64,000 nt of DNA from Candidatus Latescibacterota bacterium (GTDB lineage Bacteria; Latescibacterota; UBA2968): NCBI GenBank assembly GCA_965208125.1, contig OZ242320.1, positions 2,144,001 to 2,208,000 on the forward strand, in the 5' to 3' direction. Position 1 is the first letter of the stretch; each line of letters begins with the position of its first letter. Made by a program: the position numbers and the translations under genes. Positions 1 to 9,544 of the stretch are shown one piece after another. The notes beneath the pieces were generated by a model. That model saw only the letters and a program-made list of their open reading frames with translations. It was not told the origin of the DNA and did not search any database.

Positions 1-590
1 ATGGTGAGGCCGCGTTCTGTCGTCCATTTGGAGATGACGATTTCTTCGGCCTCGTTGTCGTTGGGTATGTAGCGTCCGTAATCGTAGTTGTGGATTTCGA
101 TGGGTTCGTCGGCCACCAGTGCAGGTGCTCCGGGCCAGTAATTGGCCGTGGTATTGCCCGTGAGGGGCGACCGGGTTTCAATGCCCAAATCGCGCTCTGG
201 TCCCGAAGCGGCATCGTAGATCATTTCAAAGATGTCGTCGGTATTGTAGCGCGGGTTGGAGGTCGATACATTGTATGACCCTCCTTCTTTGGTAAAAACC
301 CAAAAACCCTCGCCCTGGCTGGTGTGATAGCGGTGGTCGTTGTCCTGTCCTATGATCCAGTATTCCCTGAAGTCGCGTTCGCCAATGCCCCAGCCGGGAT
401 ACATCAAGCCAGCATCTGCGCCCAGGCGGCTGTCGTCGCGCAGGCCCTGGGTGCCGGTATTGCGAAAGGTGGCCCAGAGCTTGCCCCGGGTCAGGTGGCG
501 TTGAAGTTCGGGTTGCTGGGCACAGATTTCGGATGCAAATACCAGCACACATAGAACCCCAATCCATCCGATGTGTTTTAATGGATACAT
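1..590 (-). CDS. Secreted protein, runs off the window edge; downstream partner of the TonB receptor
   Basis: Not in the ORF track. Manual translation from ATG at 590 (GAGGAG RBS) gives MYPLKHIGWIGVLCVLVFASEICAQQPELQRHLTRGKLWATFRNTG..., with a signal peptide, open to the edge. Confidence 0.8.
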   Translation of the reverse strand, partial: MYPLKHIGWIGVLCVLVFASEICAQQPELQRHLTRGKLWATFRNTGTQGLRDDSRLGADAGLMYPGWGIGERDFREYWIIGQDNDHRYHTSQGEGFWVFTKEGGSYNVSTSNPRYNTDDIFEMIYDAASGPERDLGIETRSPLTGNTTANYWPGAPALVADEPIEIHNYDYGRYIPNDNEAEEIVISKWTTERGLT

Positions 591-614
591 GTTATTGCTC
601 CTCAGATAATGAAA

Positions 615-3600
615 TTAAAATCCGAGCTGGAGACCTATGCTGATCTCTCGGGGGCGACCAGCCCAGCGGTGGTATTCTTTGGTATCGCCGAAGTTGATAT
701 AATTCTTGTCCGTGGGTTTGGGCATGTCCATGCCGTAGAGATACCAGAGTTCGGCCTGTGGCCCCTGTCTGTGTCGATCAAACCAGGGGCCGCGCCAGAA
801 ATATTCGGTGGCCGGGTCGCGCTGGTTGAAGAAGTTGTACACGTTCATAAACAGGGTGGCTTCGGTTCGACCTGTGCGGAAGCGTTTTTCCAAAGACAGG
901 TTGGTCTTGGTTTCCATAGGTCCAAATCGCTCGACATTGCCCTGGGTGGGATGCGGAATGTTGATTCGGCGTCCCGTTTTCAGGGTGTTGATTACATTGA
1001 GTCTGAAGCCGCCGAGGGCTGGACCGTAATGCATTGGCGTTTCATACGTAAATGCGATTTTCATGGTGCCGCGCCGGTCGCCAAAACCAGCGGTTTCTGC
1101 GGCACCACCGCGCCCCGCACTTCGATCAGAAGTGGTGTTGCGAGTGAAGTAAAAGACACCCGGAAGATTTTCCACTTCTTGAATTTCGCTGTCGGTCAGC
1201 GGATTCCAGTCGGGATTGGTGCCTTCTCGAATGGTCTGGATATAGCGGTCTGCTTCGGCACCGATGTCCTGAATTTGCTGCGGTGTGAGCGGTACTTTTG
1301 CTTCTGAGCCGTCGTCGCTGGCATTGACTACGCCGTCGCCGTTGGTGTCCTTGGTGTGCTGGATGAAATAGAGATCGGACGCGATAAATTGCGCGTTGGG
1401 GAAGTAAATAATCCGGTTGATTCCCGCATTGCCTCCCGACTGCCACTGGTGGTTGTAGGCCACCTGGAAGGAGAAGTTCTGGCTGAAGTCTTTTCGCAGA
1501 CTCATTTCAAATCCCCGATTGTCTGTAAAAACATAACCCAGCGGTGTGTTGCGTCCCACCTGGCTTTTGCGACTGGGATCTCTCCACAGGGCATTGCCGA
1601 ATCGAACCTGACCATCTACGCTTTGCTGATAAGTCGTAAAGCTCAGAACATAGTCCTGATAGAAGTTCCAGTCTGTGCCTACCTCGAAATTGGTGGAGCG
1701 TTTGTAGTCGAGATGAGGATTGCCTGTGGTAGCTCGCTGGTTGTTTTTGTTCAGCCATTCGGTATCGTCGATTTGGCCATTGTTGTTGAAGTCTTCGGGG
1801 GGCGCAACGCCGCGCCATTCGTATGAATAGAGGTGCCAGAACCCGGGCATCTGGTGAAAGATGCCGTAGGAAAATCGAATGATGGCATTGGCCGTAATGG
1901 GGTGTGAAACGCCCAGGCGAGGACTCCAGGCCGATTTGGTCGATACGGAGGTGCGCGGCATAAATTTGCGTTGCCGGGACCACGAGTTGGTCATGGGTGC
2001 TCCGCCCCAGGCATTATTGGCAAGTGGGGAGTAAAAATCGCCATTGTGGTCGTGTCTGTCGTAGCGGATACCCAGGTTGACGATGATGCCTTCGAATTCC
2101 ATTTTGTCCTGGAGGTAGAATGCGGACTGTATGGGATGAATGGGTTGGCCCATTTCGTAGGGCACGCCCGCGAGTTGATACCGCGATTTGCCCGCTTGCG
2201 GCCAGTTGATCTGGTTCCACCAGTAGGTGTGTCGCGTCAAATCGATACCCGTTTTGATAAAGTGGTTCTTGTTGATCTGACTGGAATAATCGAGTTTGAA
2301 GTTGAGGCGGGCGCGATGGTCGTTGATCCAGATGGAGACCCGTCTGGGGCCAATGGTGAATACCCCGTCCTGATCTTTTCTCAGCGGTTCCGTAATGCCG
2401 CCGCCAAATTGGCTGGTGACACCCGGCACATTGGTCGTGTCTGTGGCGTCGCGGTAATAGGATAGGCGGGCTTCGTAAAAGGTTTTGTTGCTCAGGGTAT
2501 GCGTGAGGGATATGTATGCCAGGTCGTGTTTGACGTTGGCGATGCCTGCACCGGCTTCACCTGCGGGAAGAAAGATGTCGATACCCTGAAGTTCTCGACC
2601 AACGGTGCGTTTGACGCCCTGTACCCAGCTTTCGCCCTCGCCGACCTGATAGGCTTCGTGGCGCGCATAGACCCCGCCGACTTTAACTTTTACGTTGGAT
2701 TGCACATCCCAGGCCAGTTTGTAGGTGCCTTTGATGTTGTAGGGCGATTCGATCCAGCGGGCGGTTTGTGGAGATGTTGAGACGGCCTGATGGAAGATGC
2801 CGCGTTTGGTGGGAGAGGGAAAATGCGAGGCTTGTCCTTCGTGCTGTGCGGTGAGAAAAAAGGAGGCATTTCCCGGCAGTGGACCCGAGAGTGACCCATC
2901 GACTTCATAACCATGAATGCCCGTGTAGTCAGTGCGCTCGTGCGCCAGGCGGGTGATGTCGTCTCCTGTTCCCATCTGGCGGTCTGGACCGGGATCTGTG
3001 TATGTTTCATTTTCCCATGTCGCATCGCCCCATTTCATTCTGCCTTTGTGAATGGGGCTGTCATAGACATTGCCGCCCCAGTGTTTTTTGCCCGGTGGAA
3101 TATAGGTGAGGCGGCCTTTGCCGTGAAAGTCTTTGCCGCCTTCGCGGGTGATGATGTGAATGGCGCCAGATGTGGCATTGCCGTATTCGGCTTCCATCCC
3201 GCCGGTGATGACGGTAATTTCTTGCACGGCGTCGCTGTTGACCCCGACAAATTGAACATCGCCCCGGGCAGTGCCCGCATCCATTACAACGCCATCCAAA
3301 TAGACGAGTGTTTCCGTGGTACCGCGGTTGCCCTGGTAGCTGCCGCGAATGGCGGGTTCGTTATTGTCGAGAGAGACGCCGGCCTGAAGGCTCATGAGTT
3401 CTGAGGTGTTTGCCGCTGTAGATAGCCGATCAATCGCATCACTGCCCATGATGTATTTACTCGTGGTTTTATCTCTTTCTACGGGCGGGCGTTCGGCCAC
3501 GACCGTGAGTTCGGCCAATTCGACAGTGGTTTCTTTGAGTTGAAAGTTCAGTGGCGTGGTGAAATCCGTTTTGACCGATACATCGCTCTGGGTTTGATTG

Positions 3601-3836
3601 GTATATCCGATGAGCGAAGCTGTGAGCGCGTATCGCCCCGGTAGAATATTGATGATAAAATAGCTGCCATCGGCATCTGCCACAGCGCCGAGTCGCGTGC
3701 CTTCTACGATCACATTGGCGCCGGGAAGCGGATTGCCCTGATCGTCTTTGATGACACCGGCGATTTTGCCCGTGGTGCCCGCATAGAGATGAGAGGCAAA
3801 ACACAAAAGTACGCATATCATAGCTATTTGTTTCAT
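615..3836 (-). CDS. TonB-dependent receptor with N-terminal carboxypeptidase-regulatory-like domain
   Basis: Signal peptide, then GTTGKIAGVIKD...LPGANV; plug motif GGMEAEYGNATSGAI; C-terminal RPREISIGLQLGF. Confidence 0.92.
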   Translation of the reverse strand: MKQIAMICVLLCFASHLYAGTTGKIAGVIKDDQGNPLPGANVIVEGTRLGAVADADGSYFIINILPGRYALTASLIGYTNQTQSDVSVKTDFTTPLNFQLKETTVELAELTVVAERPPVERDKTTSKYIMGSDAIDRLSTAANTSELMSLQAGVSLDNNEPAIRGSYQGNRGTTETLVYLDGVVMDAGTARGDVQFVGVNSDAVQEITVITGGMEAEYGNATSGAIHIITREGGKDFHGKGRLTYIPPGKKHWGGNVYDSPIHKGRMKWGDATWENETYTDPGPDRQMGTGDDITRLAHERTDYTGIHGYEVDGSLSGPLPGNASFFLTAQHEGQASHFPSPTKRGIFHQAVSTSPQTARWIESPYNIKGTYKLAWDVQSNVKVKVGGVYARHEAYQVGEGESWVQGVKRTVGRELQGIDIFLPAGEAGAGIANVKHDLAYISLTHTLSNKTFYEARLSYYRDATDTTNVPGVTSQFGGGITEPLRKDQDGVFTIGPRRVSIWINDHRARLNFKLDYSSQINKNHFIKTGIDLTRHTYWWNQINWPQAGKSRYQLAGVPYEMGQPIHPIQSAFYLQDKMEFEGIIVNLGIRYDRHDHNGDFYSPLANNAWGGAPMTNSWSRQRKFMPRTSVSTKSAWSPRLGVSHPITANAIIRFSYGIFHQMPGFWHLYSYEWRGVAPPEDFNNNGQIDDTEWLNKNNQRATTGNPHLDYKRSTNFEVGTDWNFYQDYVLSFTTYQQSVDGQVRFGNALWRDPSRKSQVGRNTPLGYVFTDNRGFEMSLRKDFSQNFSFQVAYNHQWQSGGNAGINRIIYFPNAQFIASDLYFIQHTKDTNGDGVVNASDDGSEAKVPLTPQQIQDIGAEADRYIQTIREGTNPDWNPLTDSEIQEVENLPGVFYFTRNTTSDRSAGRGGAAETAGFGDRRGTMKIAFTYETPMHYGPALGGFRLNVINTLKTGRRINIPHPTQGNVERFGPMETKTNLSLEKRFRTGRTEATLFMNVYNFFNQRDPATEYFWRGPWFDRHRQGPQAELWYLYGMDMPKPTDKNYINFGDTKEYHRWAGRPREISIGLQLGF

Positions 3837-3851
3837 TTGCGGCTCTCCTTT

Positions 3852-4553
3852 TTAATTTAAGTTGAATTTGATACCGGCACCGATATCAATGAGGTTAAAG
3901 GGGTATGTTTTTTCTATACCCCATACGAGGAAGGGACGCAATTCTCCCATTACGATATTGTAGCGCGCGCGCACATCTAACGCGGCTTTGTCTCCCAGGC
4001 CGATTTGAACCCCGCCGCCAAAGCTGGCACTGAAAGCTGTGCGTGTGTCATTAACGGGTTCCAGGAGGATGTTTGGATCGGGAGGCGCACCGGCACCCGA
4101 AGGCGTCTGACCGGCAAAGATCAGACCGCTGACTTTGCTGGCGTAATCGTGCAGGCCCGCGCCAAATGTGAGATAGAGCGTTGTGCCCTGGCCGAATCCT
4201 TTTTCTTGCATTGCAAATAGCCAGTTGGCGTGGATGCTGTTGATGGTCATGTTGGCTTCGGCCTGCGGGCTGGTGTATTCTTTGCCGTCGCTGAAGCTGA
4301 AGGTGCGCGTTTCAAGGCTGCCGTCGTTGAAGCGGGCATGGTGAAATTCCACCTCGACCATCTTGCGCTTGTGATAGATATAATGCGCCGTACCCCCAAA
4401 CTTGGTGCCGCTGTCGTACATGTCTTTGAAGTTGAATAGAGGAATGTAGAAGTCAAAAAAGCCGCCAGCGCCGAAAGCACCTTCTCGTGCGGTTGCCTGC
4501 GCATTTGGCAACAGGGCCGCAACGCATAAAATCAAGAGTAATTTTTTCAACAA
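3852..4553 (-). CDS. Outer-membrane beta-barrel protein
   Basis: Signal peptide; amphipathic strands (FGGGVQIGL, DVRARYN, IGAGIKFN); TTG start with AGGAG RBS. Confidence 0.7.
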   Translation of the reverse strand: MLKKLLLILCVAALLPNAQATAREGAFGAGGFFDFYIPLFNFKDMYDSGTKFGGTAHYIYHKRKMVEVEFHHARFNDGSLETRTFSFSDGKEYTSPQAEANMTINSIHANWLFAMQEKGFGQGTTLYLTFGAGLHDYASKVSGLIFAGQTPSGAGAPPDPNILLEPVNDTRTAFSASFGGGVQIGLGDKAALDVRARYNIVMGELRPFLVWGIEKTYPFNLIDIGAGIKFNLN

Positions 4554-4657
4554 AAACTCCTTTCTCGACGATGTATTGTTGTGTTAAAGAGATTTTTCAA
4601 ACGCAATAGCATCAATCCCTGTGACCTCCTTTTGCAAAATAACGAAGCGTTGTATTG

Positions 4658-5191
4658 TCAATTGGACAATGCTTCAAAGGACAGTGTATCGGCCACTGAT
4701 TTTATTACGGTGGCAATGCGGGCGATGTCTGCGATTTGTTGTGCGTCAATGCCCAGTTTGTTCAATTGCGATGCGTGTGCGTTGACGCAGATACCACACG
4801 CGTTTACCACACTTGCCGAAAGGCTCCACGCTTCGAACAATGCGCGATCGACACCGCCGTGAGTCAGCACGGCGTTCATTCGCAATTTGGGCGGCTGTTT
4901 CTTTATTTCGTTGTCCCGAATGAGGTCGGTGAATTTATACCATACATTGGTCATGCTCATCATGGCAGCGGCAGATTTCACGGCTTTTATGTGTTGTTCG
5001 TCCATGACGACCTGTGCGTCTTCGGTGATGTTCTGAATCACCTGTGCATTTTTTGACACCAGTGCCGCTGTGAGTGCCGATCCCCAGGCCATTGCCGGGT
5101 CGAGACGCGACGCAGATATTACCGATCCCAGATTCAACCGAATATCCCGCGCATAGTCGGGCATTGCCGATCGCAGATTATCTATACCCAT
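4658..5191 (-). CDS. ahpD: Alkylhydroperoxidase AhpD (CMD family)
   Basis: PDYARDIRLNL N-terminus, MSMTNVWY, and E...SVVNACGICVNAH with CxxC. Confidence 0.88.
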   Translation of the reverse strand: MGIDNLRSAMPDYARDIRLNLGSVISASRLDPAMAWGSALTAALVSKNAQVIQNITEDAQVVMDEQHIKAVKSAAAMMSMTNVWYKFTDLIRDNEIKKQPPKLRMNAVLTHGGVDRALFEAWSLSASVVNACGICVNAHASQLNKLGIDAQQIADIARIATVIKSVADTLSFEALSN

Positions 5192-5209
5192 AAAATCTCC
5201 TGTGTGAAG

Positions 5210-5249
5210 TACAAAGCGCAGAGAACGGCATTGCTCTCTGCGCTTTGTA
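5210..5249 (-). terminator. Stem-loop after the membrane-protein triplet
   Basis: tacaaagcgcagaga...tctctgcgctttgta inverted repeat. Confidence 0.7.
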
Positions 5250-5276
5250 ATATAACCAAATTCTGTGCAACGTTAG

Positions 5277-5636
5277 CTATTCTTCACCGCCGCCATCACC
5301 ACCATCACCAGACGCTAAGACGCGATTATATACCCTCTTTGCGAATACGGTTATGACGCCGGCATAAAGAGCGATAGTGATCGGATCGACGATGGCGTCC
5401 AGTTTCTCGCCTGCCGCTGGGATGTTGCTCAACACATCCGCACCTGCAGCAGCACCGACCGCAAGCGCAACGACCAGGAAGGATGTCGCGTCTTCAGCGT
5501 CGAGCGCCATCCCTCCGTACACCAGGCCCAGAATCACCAGCGCGATCGACACAATATTTTCAGGAATTGCGCCGGCCGCCAGGCCCTGAATAATGGCCAG
5601 AGCGACGATCAGGCCAACAATAATTCTGACTACCAT
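5277..5636 (-). CDS. Small multi-pass membrane protein, paralog A (unknown function)
   Basis: 119 aa, ~4 hydrophobic segments, GGAGG RBS; shares ALVILGL, AVGAAAGAD and LDAIVDPI with its neighbours. Confidence 0.85.
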   Translation of the reverse strand: MVVRIIVGLIVALAIIQGLAAGAIPENIVSIALVILGLVYGGMALDAEDATSFLVVALAVGAAAGADVLSNIPAAGEKLDAIVDPITIALYAGVITVFAKRVYNRVLASGDGGDGGGEE

Positions 5637-5736
5637 TTCATCCTCCCAGAATAAGTTAGTTGTGTTATGACGTAGACGTAAAGGGCTACACGGTGTATCA
5701 CGAAATTTCCAATCTCAGGTGAGCCACCAGTCATAT

Positions 5737-6063
5737 TTAACCCGTGAAGTGATTTATTATTCTCTGTACGAGTATGGTTATGACGCCGGCATACAAAGCG
5801 GTGCTGATTGGATCGACGATGGCGTCCAGGTGGGCACCAAGCTGTGGGATGCCGCTCAACGCATCCGCACCTGCAGCAGCGCCGACCGCAATCGCAACGA
5901 TCAGGTAGGCTGTTTCGTCATCAGCGCCGACCGCTACCACCGCGTAGGCCAGGCCCAGAATCACCAGCGCGAGGGACACAAGTCCCGCAGGGATCGCGTC
6001 GGGCGTTAGGCCCTGAATAATCGCCAGAGCGGCGATCAGGCTAACAATAATCCTGCTTGCCAT
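5737..6063 (-). CDS. Small multi-pass membrane protein, paralog B
   Basis: 108 aa; same motifs and RBS. Confidence 0.85.
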   Translation of the reverse strand: MASRIIVSLIAALAIIQGLTPDAIPAGLVSLALVILGLAYAVVAVGADDETAYLIVAIAVGAAAGADALSGIPQLGAHLDAIVDPISTALYAGVITILVQRIINHFTG

Positions 6064-6133
6064 ATTTCTTCCTCCCAGAATGGGTTAGTGTGTCACGACC
6101 TGTGGCTACAGGTCGCTGATCCGCCAGTCATCT

Positions 6134-6460
6134 TTAACTCTTGATGCGGTTTAATCCCCTCTCCACGAGTATGGCTATGACACCGGCATACAGGGCGGTG
6201 GCGATCGGATCGACGATGGCGTCCAGGCTCTCGCCTATCCCCGGGATGTTGCTCAGCACATCCGCACCTGCAGCTGCGCCGACTGCAATCGCAACGACCA
6301 GGTAGGCCGTCGAGTCCTCAGCATCGACCGCCACTATCGCGTAGAGTAGTCCCAGTATCACCAGCGCGAGTGGCACAAGTCCCCCAGGGATTGCGTCGGG
6401 CGCCAGGGCCTGCACAATCGCGAGGATGATGACCAGGACAATAATATTTCTGCTTGCCAT
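6134..6460 (-). CDS. Small multi-pass membrane protein, paralog C
   Basis: Start reassigned to MASRNII (ATG at 6460 after GGGAGG), matching paralog B. Confidence 0.85.
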   Translation of the reverse strand: MASRNIIVLVIILAIVQALAPDAIPGGLVPLALVILGLLYAIVAVDAEDSTAYLVVAIAVGAAAGADVLSNIPGIGESLDAIVDPIATALYAGVIAILVERGLNRIKS

Positions 6461-6685
6461 TTCTACCTCCCAGAATGTGGTTGTGTCACGGTTTGCGCTA
6501 TCGCGCAGCCGCAACGGTTACCGACGGAATGCTACAAGATGCACCATCCCCGTCATGAAAAAGGTGAAAAACCTTTTTTTCTTTTCTTATTCTCAAATGT
6601 AGAATTTCTTATGTTATTGTGTTAAAAAATGTAAATAAAGAAGCAGTGTCAAGACAATTCCCCCTCGCTCAGTAAGAAAATTCGC

Positions 6686-6815
6686 TTATCTATCCATAAA
6701 ATTTCCCGTATAAATACAAAGCGCAGAGAACAATGCTGTTCTCTGCGCTTTATAAAGAATTGATTTTGTGTAGCGTTACATATTCTTCACCATCACCATT
6801 GACAGACAAAAGACA
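6686..6815 (-). repeat. Degenerate direct repeat of 5178-5321 (ahpD start, hairpin and paralog A 3' end)
   Basis: ttatctat-ccataaaat.tcc.gt...tacaaagcgcagagaac...tctctgcgcttt...cgtta..tattcttcacc aligns by eye. Confidence 0.8.
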
Positions 6816-6829
6816 ATGTATTTAATAGG

Positions 6830-6960
6830 ATTACCACTGCCTGTGCTTCCCGCTAAAAGCGCGCCAATGGCAACGGCCGGGTTGAGATGCCCTCCGCTGA
6901 TTGCACCTTACCATCACAATAATTGCAAACGTCTGGGCCAATGCCAGCCCAGCCCAGTCC
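6830..6960 (-). pseudogene. Aquaporin (MIP) fragment
   Basis: Minus strand reads GLALAQTFAIIVMV, then a frameshift, then GAISGGHLNPAVAIGALLAG (first NPA signature). Confidence 0.75.
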
Positions 6961-7146
6961 GCTCGTCACGAGCGTCCAACAGTGATAAACCCATAACATA
7001 ATTCATTTTTTTTTAAAATCAAGTTAAACTCATAGGGGTGATGAATGTTTTTACAGTGAGCCTATTCCAAAAATTGAAAGTCCTTGACATCGTCCATCTG
7101 TTGTGCGAATGTACGCACGACAGATAACTAACAACAGGCAATATTT

Positions 7147-8928
7147 ATGTTCTCTTTCTCTCCCAATGATTTTCTCGCCTGTAATGGCACGCGCATCGGT
7201 GCTGAGCATCTGCATGGGCGGATGCAAGTCCTGCGCGATGAGATCGAACCCGTCCTGACGAAACAGCATCCAGACCTCACGGCTGTTATTTCACCGGTTT
7301 ACACGACGACTAATTTTCGCTCCAATCCCGATCGGCCCCGGGATCATGCGTGTCTCTATTTTGTTGATCGCAAGCTGAAGAAGAGCGCGTTTCCCCGGTT
7401 GCCTCAGTTGGGTATTTATCTTCACCACAATGCCGTCGCTATAGGTTTTTACTCTGGCTGGTGGACTGCCGAGGCGATGCAAAAGGCGATTGCCGACCGC
7501 AAGAAGTTTCGCGGTTTGGTGCCGCGCAAGGGCTATCGCTGTTTGGCGGGTGATATTATCGTGGCGTCACCAGGTCGTTCCGTGCCCTGGTCGCCATCCA
7601 GGCTCGAGGGGGTTGATCGCTCGCTGTTTGTCGGTTCGATTCTCACGCCGGATGAAGCTGAGGTGCCGACTCTTGTTGAGGATATTAAGACGGTGATAGG
7701 GGATCTCTACGCGCTGTATGCGGTGTTTACAAGCGCGAGATACCAGACTTCTAAAAGCAGTATTGTGTACAATATGCCCGATCCCGCAGAAGCCGGTGTT
7801 GTGCGGGATGCACTTGTGCCTGTGGAGGCAGAGCTGTTGTGCGATCTTTACCGGTTTACGGCGCTGAAGAATTTCCATATTGAGGCGGGGATGTTGTTCA
7901 ATCTCTATCTGTGTTTGAAGACCAAACCTTTTCTTATTCTGGCGGGGATATCCGGGACGGGGAAGAGTACGGTGGTTCGGCTTTTGGCCGAGGCGATCAA
8001 TGGTCTCGATGAGGGGCGAGCGAGAGGATATCGCCTGATTCCCGTGCGCCCGGATTGGAATGATGTGCGCGATTTGCTCGGGTTTGAAAATTTGCTCACG
8101 GGGGTGTTTCGCCCGGGTGCGTTGCTTCAGGCGATGTGCGAAGCACAGGACGATCCGGATCGTCCCTATTTTGTGTGTTTGGACGAGATGAATCTCGCCC
8201 GTGTGGAACACTATTTTGCCGATTTTTTGAGTGTTATGGAGACGGCGAGGCGCACGCCCGATGGCGCGTGGACAACGGATCCTATTGAATTGGCGCAAGG
8301 GGGCGATGTTGTGTCAACTGATGAGATGGGAGAGTTGCCTGCGCGTTTGCCCATTCCGCCCAATTTGTTTGTGGCAGGTACGGTCAATATGGATGAGACG
8401 ACTTATGCGTTTAGCCCCAAGGTGCTGGACAGGGCGAATACGGTTGCTTTTGATCGCGTTGATCTGGGGTTGTCGGATTATGATCCCGAGGTGCAGATTG
8501 ATTCGACGGCTCTGCGCGCTCTGGGTGCAGCGCTTATTGACCGTCCCTATCGGCAGTTGGAAGATGTTCGTCACCGCGATGAGGTTGTTGCGTGGAATGA
8601 GCCGTTGGGGGAGATTAATGCGGTGCTCGCGGAGGAGGATTTGCATTTTGGCTATCGCATTCGCGATGAGGTTCTCATCTATATGGCGTATGCGCTCGAT
8701 TTGATTGAGGGGCTGCCGTCAAATGCGCCGGAGTTCGCGCCCCGAGATGCTTTTGATTATCAGATTTTACAAAAGATTCTCCCACGCCTGTCCGGCGCGG
8801 GTGATGAACTCGCAGGTTTGCTGGACGCACTTATCGCTTTTTGCGATTCCACATATCCCCGCTCAACACACAAACTCCAGCGCGTGAAACGTCGTCTTGA
8901 ACTCACGGGGTTTGTCAGTTTTTGGTAG
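7147..8928 (+). CDS. McrB-family AAA+ GTPase with divergent N-terminal domain
   Basis: Walker A GISGTGKS; VRPDW; LDEMNLARVEHYFADFLS; signature GTVNMDETT; KVLDRAN. Confidence 0.88.
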   Translation: MFSFSPNDFLACNGTRIGAEHLHGRMQVLRDEIEPVLTKQHPDLTAVISPVYTTTNFRSNPDRPRDHACLYFVDRKLKKSAFPRLPQLGIYLHHNAVAIGFYSGWWTAEAMQKAIADRKKFRGLVPRKGYRCLAGDIIVASPGRSVPWSPSRLEGVDRSLFVGSILTPDEAEVPTLVEDIKTVIGDLYALYAVFTSARYQTSKSSIVYNMPDPAEAGVVRDALVPVEAELLCDLYRFTALKNFHIEAGMLFNLYLCLKTKPFLILAGISGTGKSTVVRLLAEAINGLDEGRARGYRLIPVRPDWNDVRDLLGFENLLTGVFRPGALLQAMCEAQDDPDRPYFVCLDEMNLARVEHYFADFLSVMETARRTPDGAWTTDPIELAQGGDVVSTDEMGELPARLPIPPNLFVAGTVNMDETTYAFSPKVLDRANTVAFDRVDLGLSDYDPEVQIDSTALRALGAALIDRPYRQLEDVRHRDEVVAWNEPLGEINAVLAEEDLHFGYRIRDEVLIYMAYALDLIEGLPSNAPEFAPRDAFDYQILQKILPRLSGAGDELAGLLDALIAFCDSTYPRSTHKLQRVKRRLELTGFVSFW

Positions 8929-8931
8929 GTC

Positions 8932-9252
8932 CTATTGTATGACAGATCTCGGTGTTGCGTTGAGGCGCGTTACTACGATGCGCTCCCGGTCAATCAGTGC
9001 GCCTACTTGATCGCTCAGCGTGTCGGTCCAATACGGGTCTTCATAGACGGCTTTGTAGAGTTGCTCTCTTTGTTCCTCGCTCTCGAATCGACGGATCCAC
9101 ACGTAGAGATCGTCTTCTTCTTCGCCGACAAAGCTGCCGATAACTACCATGCCTTTTGATATTTGAAATGGGATAATTTCACTTTCCATAAATGCAACCC
9201 ATTCTTCGCGTTTTCCAGGTTGGGTGCGATATTGACGTAGTTCGAAGAACAT
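8932..9252 (-). CDS. NIPSNAP family protein
   Basis: MFFELRQY...YVWIRRFESE; start placed after AAGGAG. Confidence 0.85.
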   Translation of the reverse strand: MFFELRQYRTQPGKREEWVAFMESEIIPFQISKGMVVIGSFVGEEEDDLYVWIRRFESEEQREQLYKAVYEDPYWTDTLSDQVGALIDRERIVVTRLNATPRSVIQ

Positions 9253-9293
9253 GTTTTTCTCCTTTGTAAGTGTTGTGATGGGAATAATGAATC

Positions 9294-9521
9294 TCATGTC
9301 GAAGAAACAGACATAAGTCTGCGCTCTCGGTCTGCGGCAAATGCCAGGCAGGCACGAATGTCTTCTCGTGTAAGTTCGGGAAAGTCACTCAAAATTTCTT
9401 CAACAGACATGTCTGAAGCAAGATAGTCAAGCACGTCATAAACGGTGATCCGCATGCCGCGAATACACGGTTTCCCACTGCGTTTGCCCGGTTCAATGGT
9501 GATGATGTCCTGGTAGTCCAT
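9294..9521 (-). CDS. DUF433 antitoxin-like protein
   Basis: ITIEPGKRSGKPCIRGMRITVYDVL...DFPELTREDIRACLAFAA. Confidence 0.9.
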   Translation of the reverse strand: MDYQDIITIEPGKRSGKPCIRGMRITVYDVLDYLASDMSVEEILSDFPELTREDIRACLAFAADRERRLMSVSST

Positions 9522-9544
9522 TGTCTTCCTTTTTTAGAGACGAT

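Noticed and set aside
6816-7001. 61-aa plus-strand ORF
   Set aside because: Antisense shadow of the aquaporin remnant.
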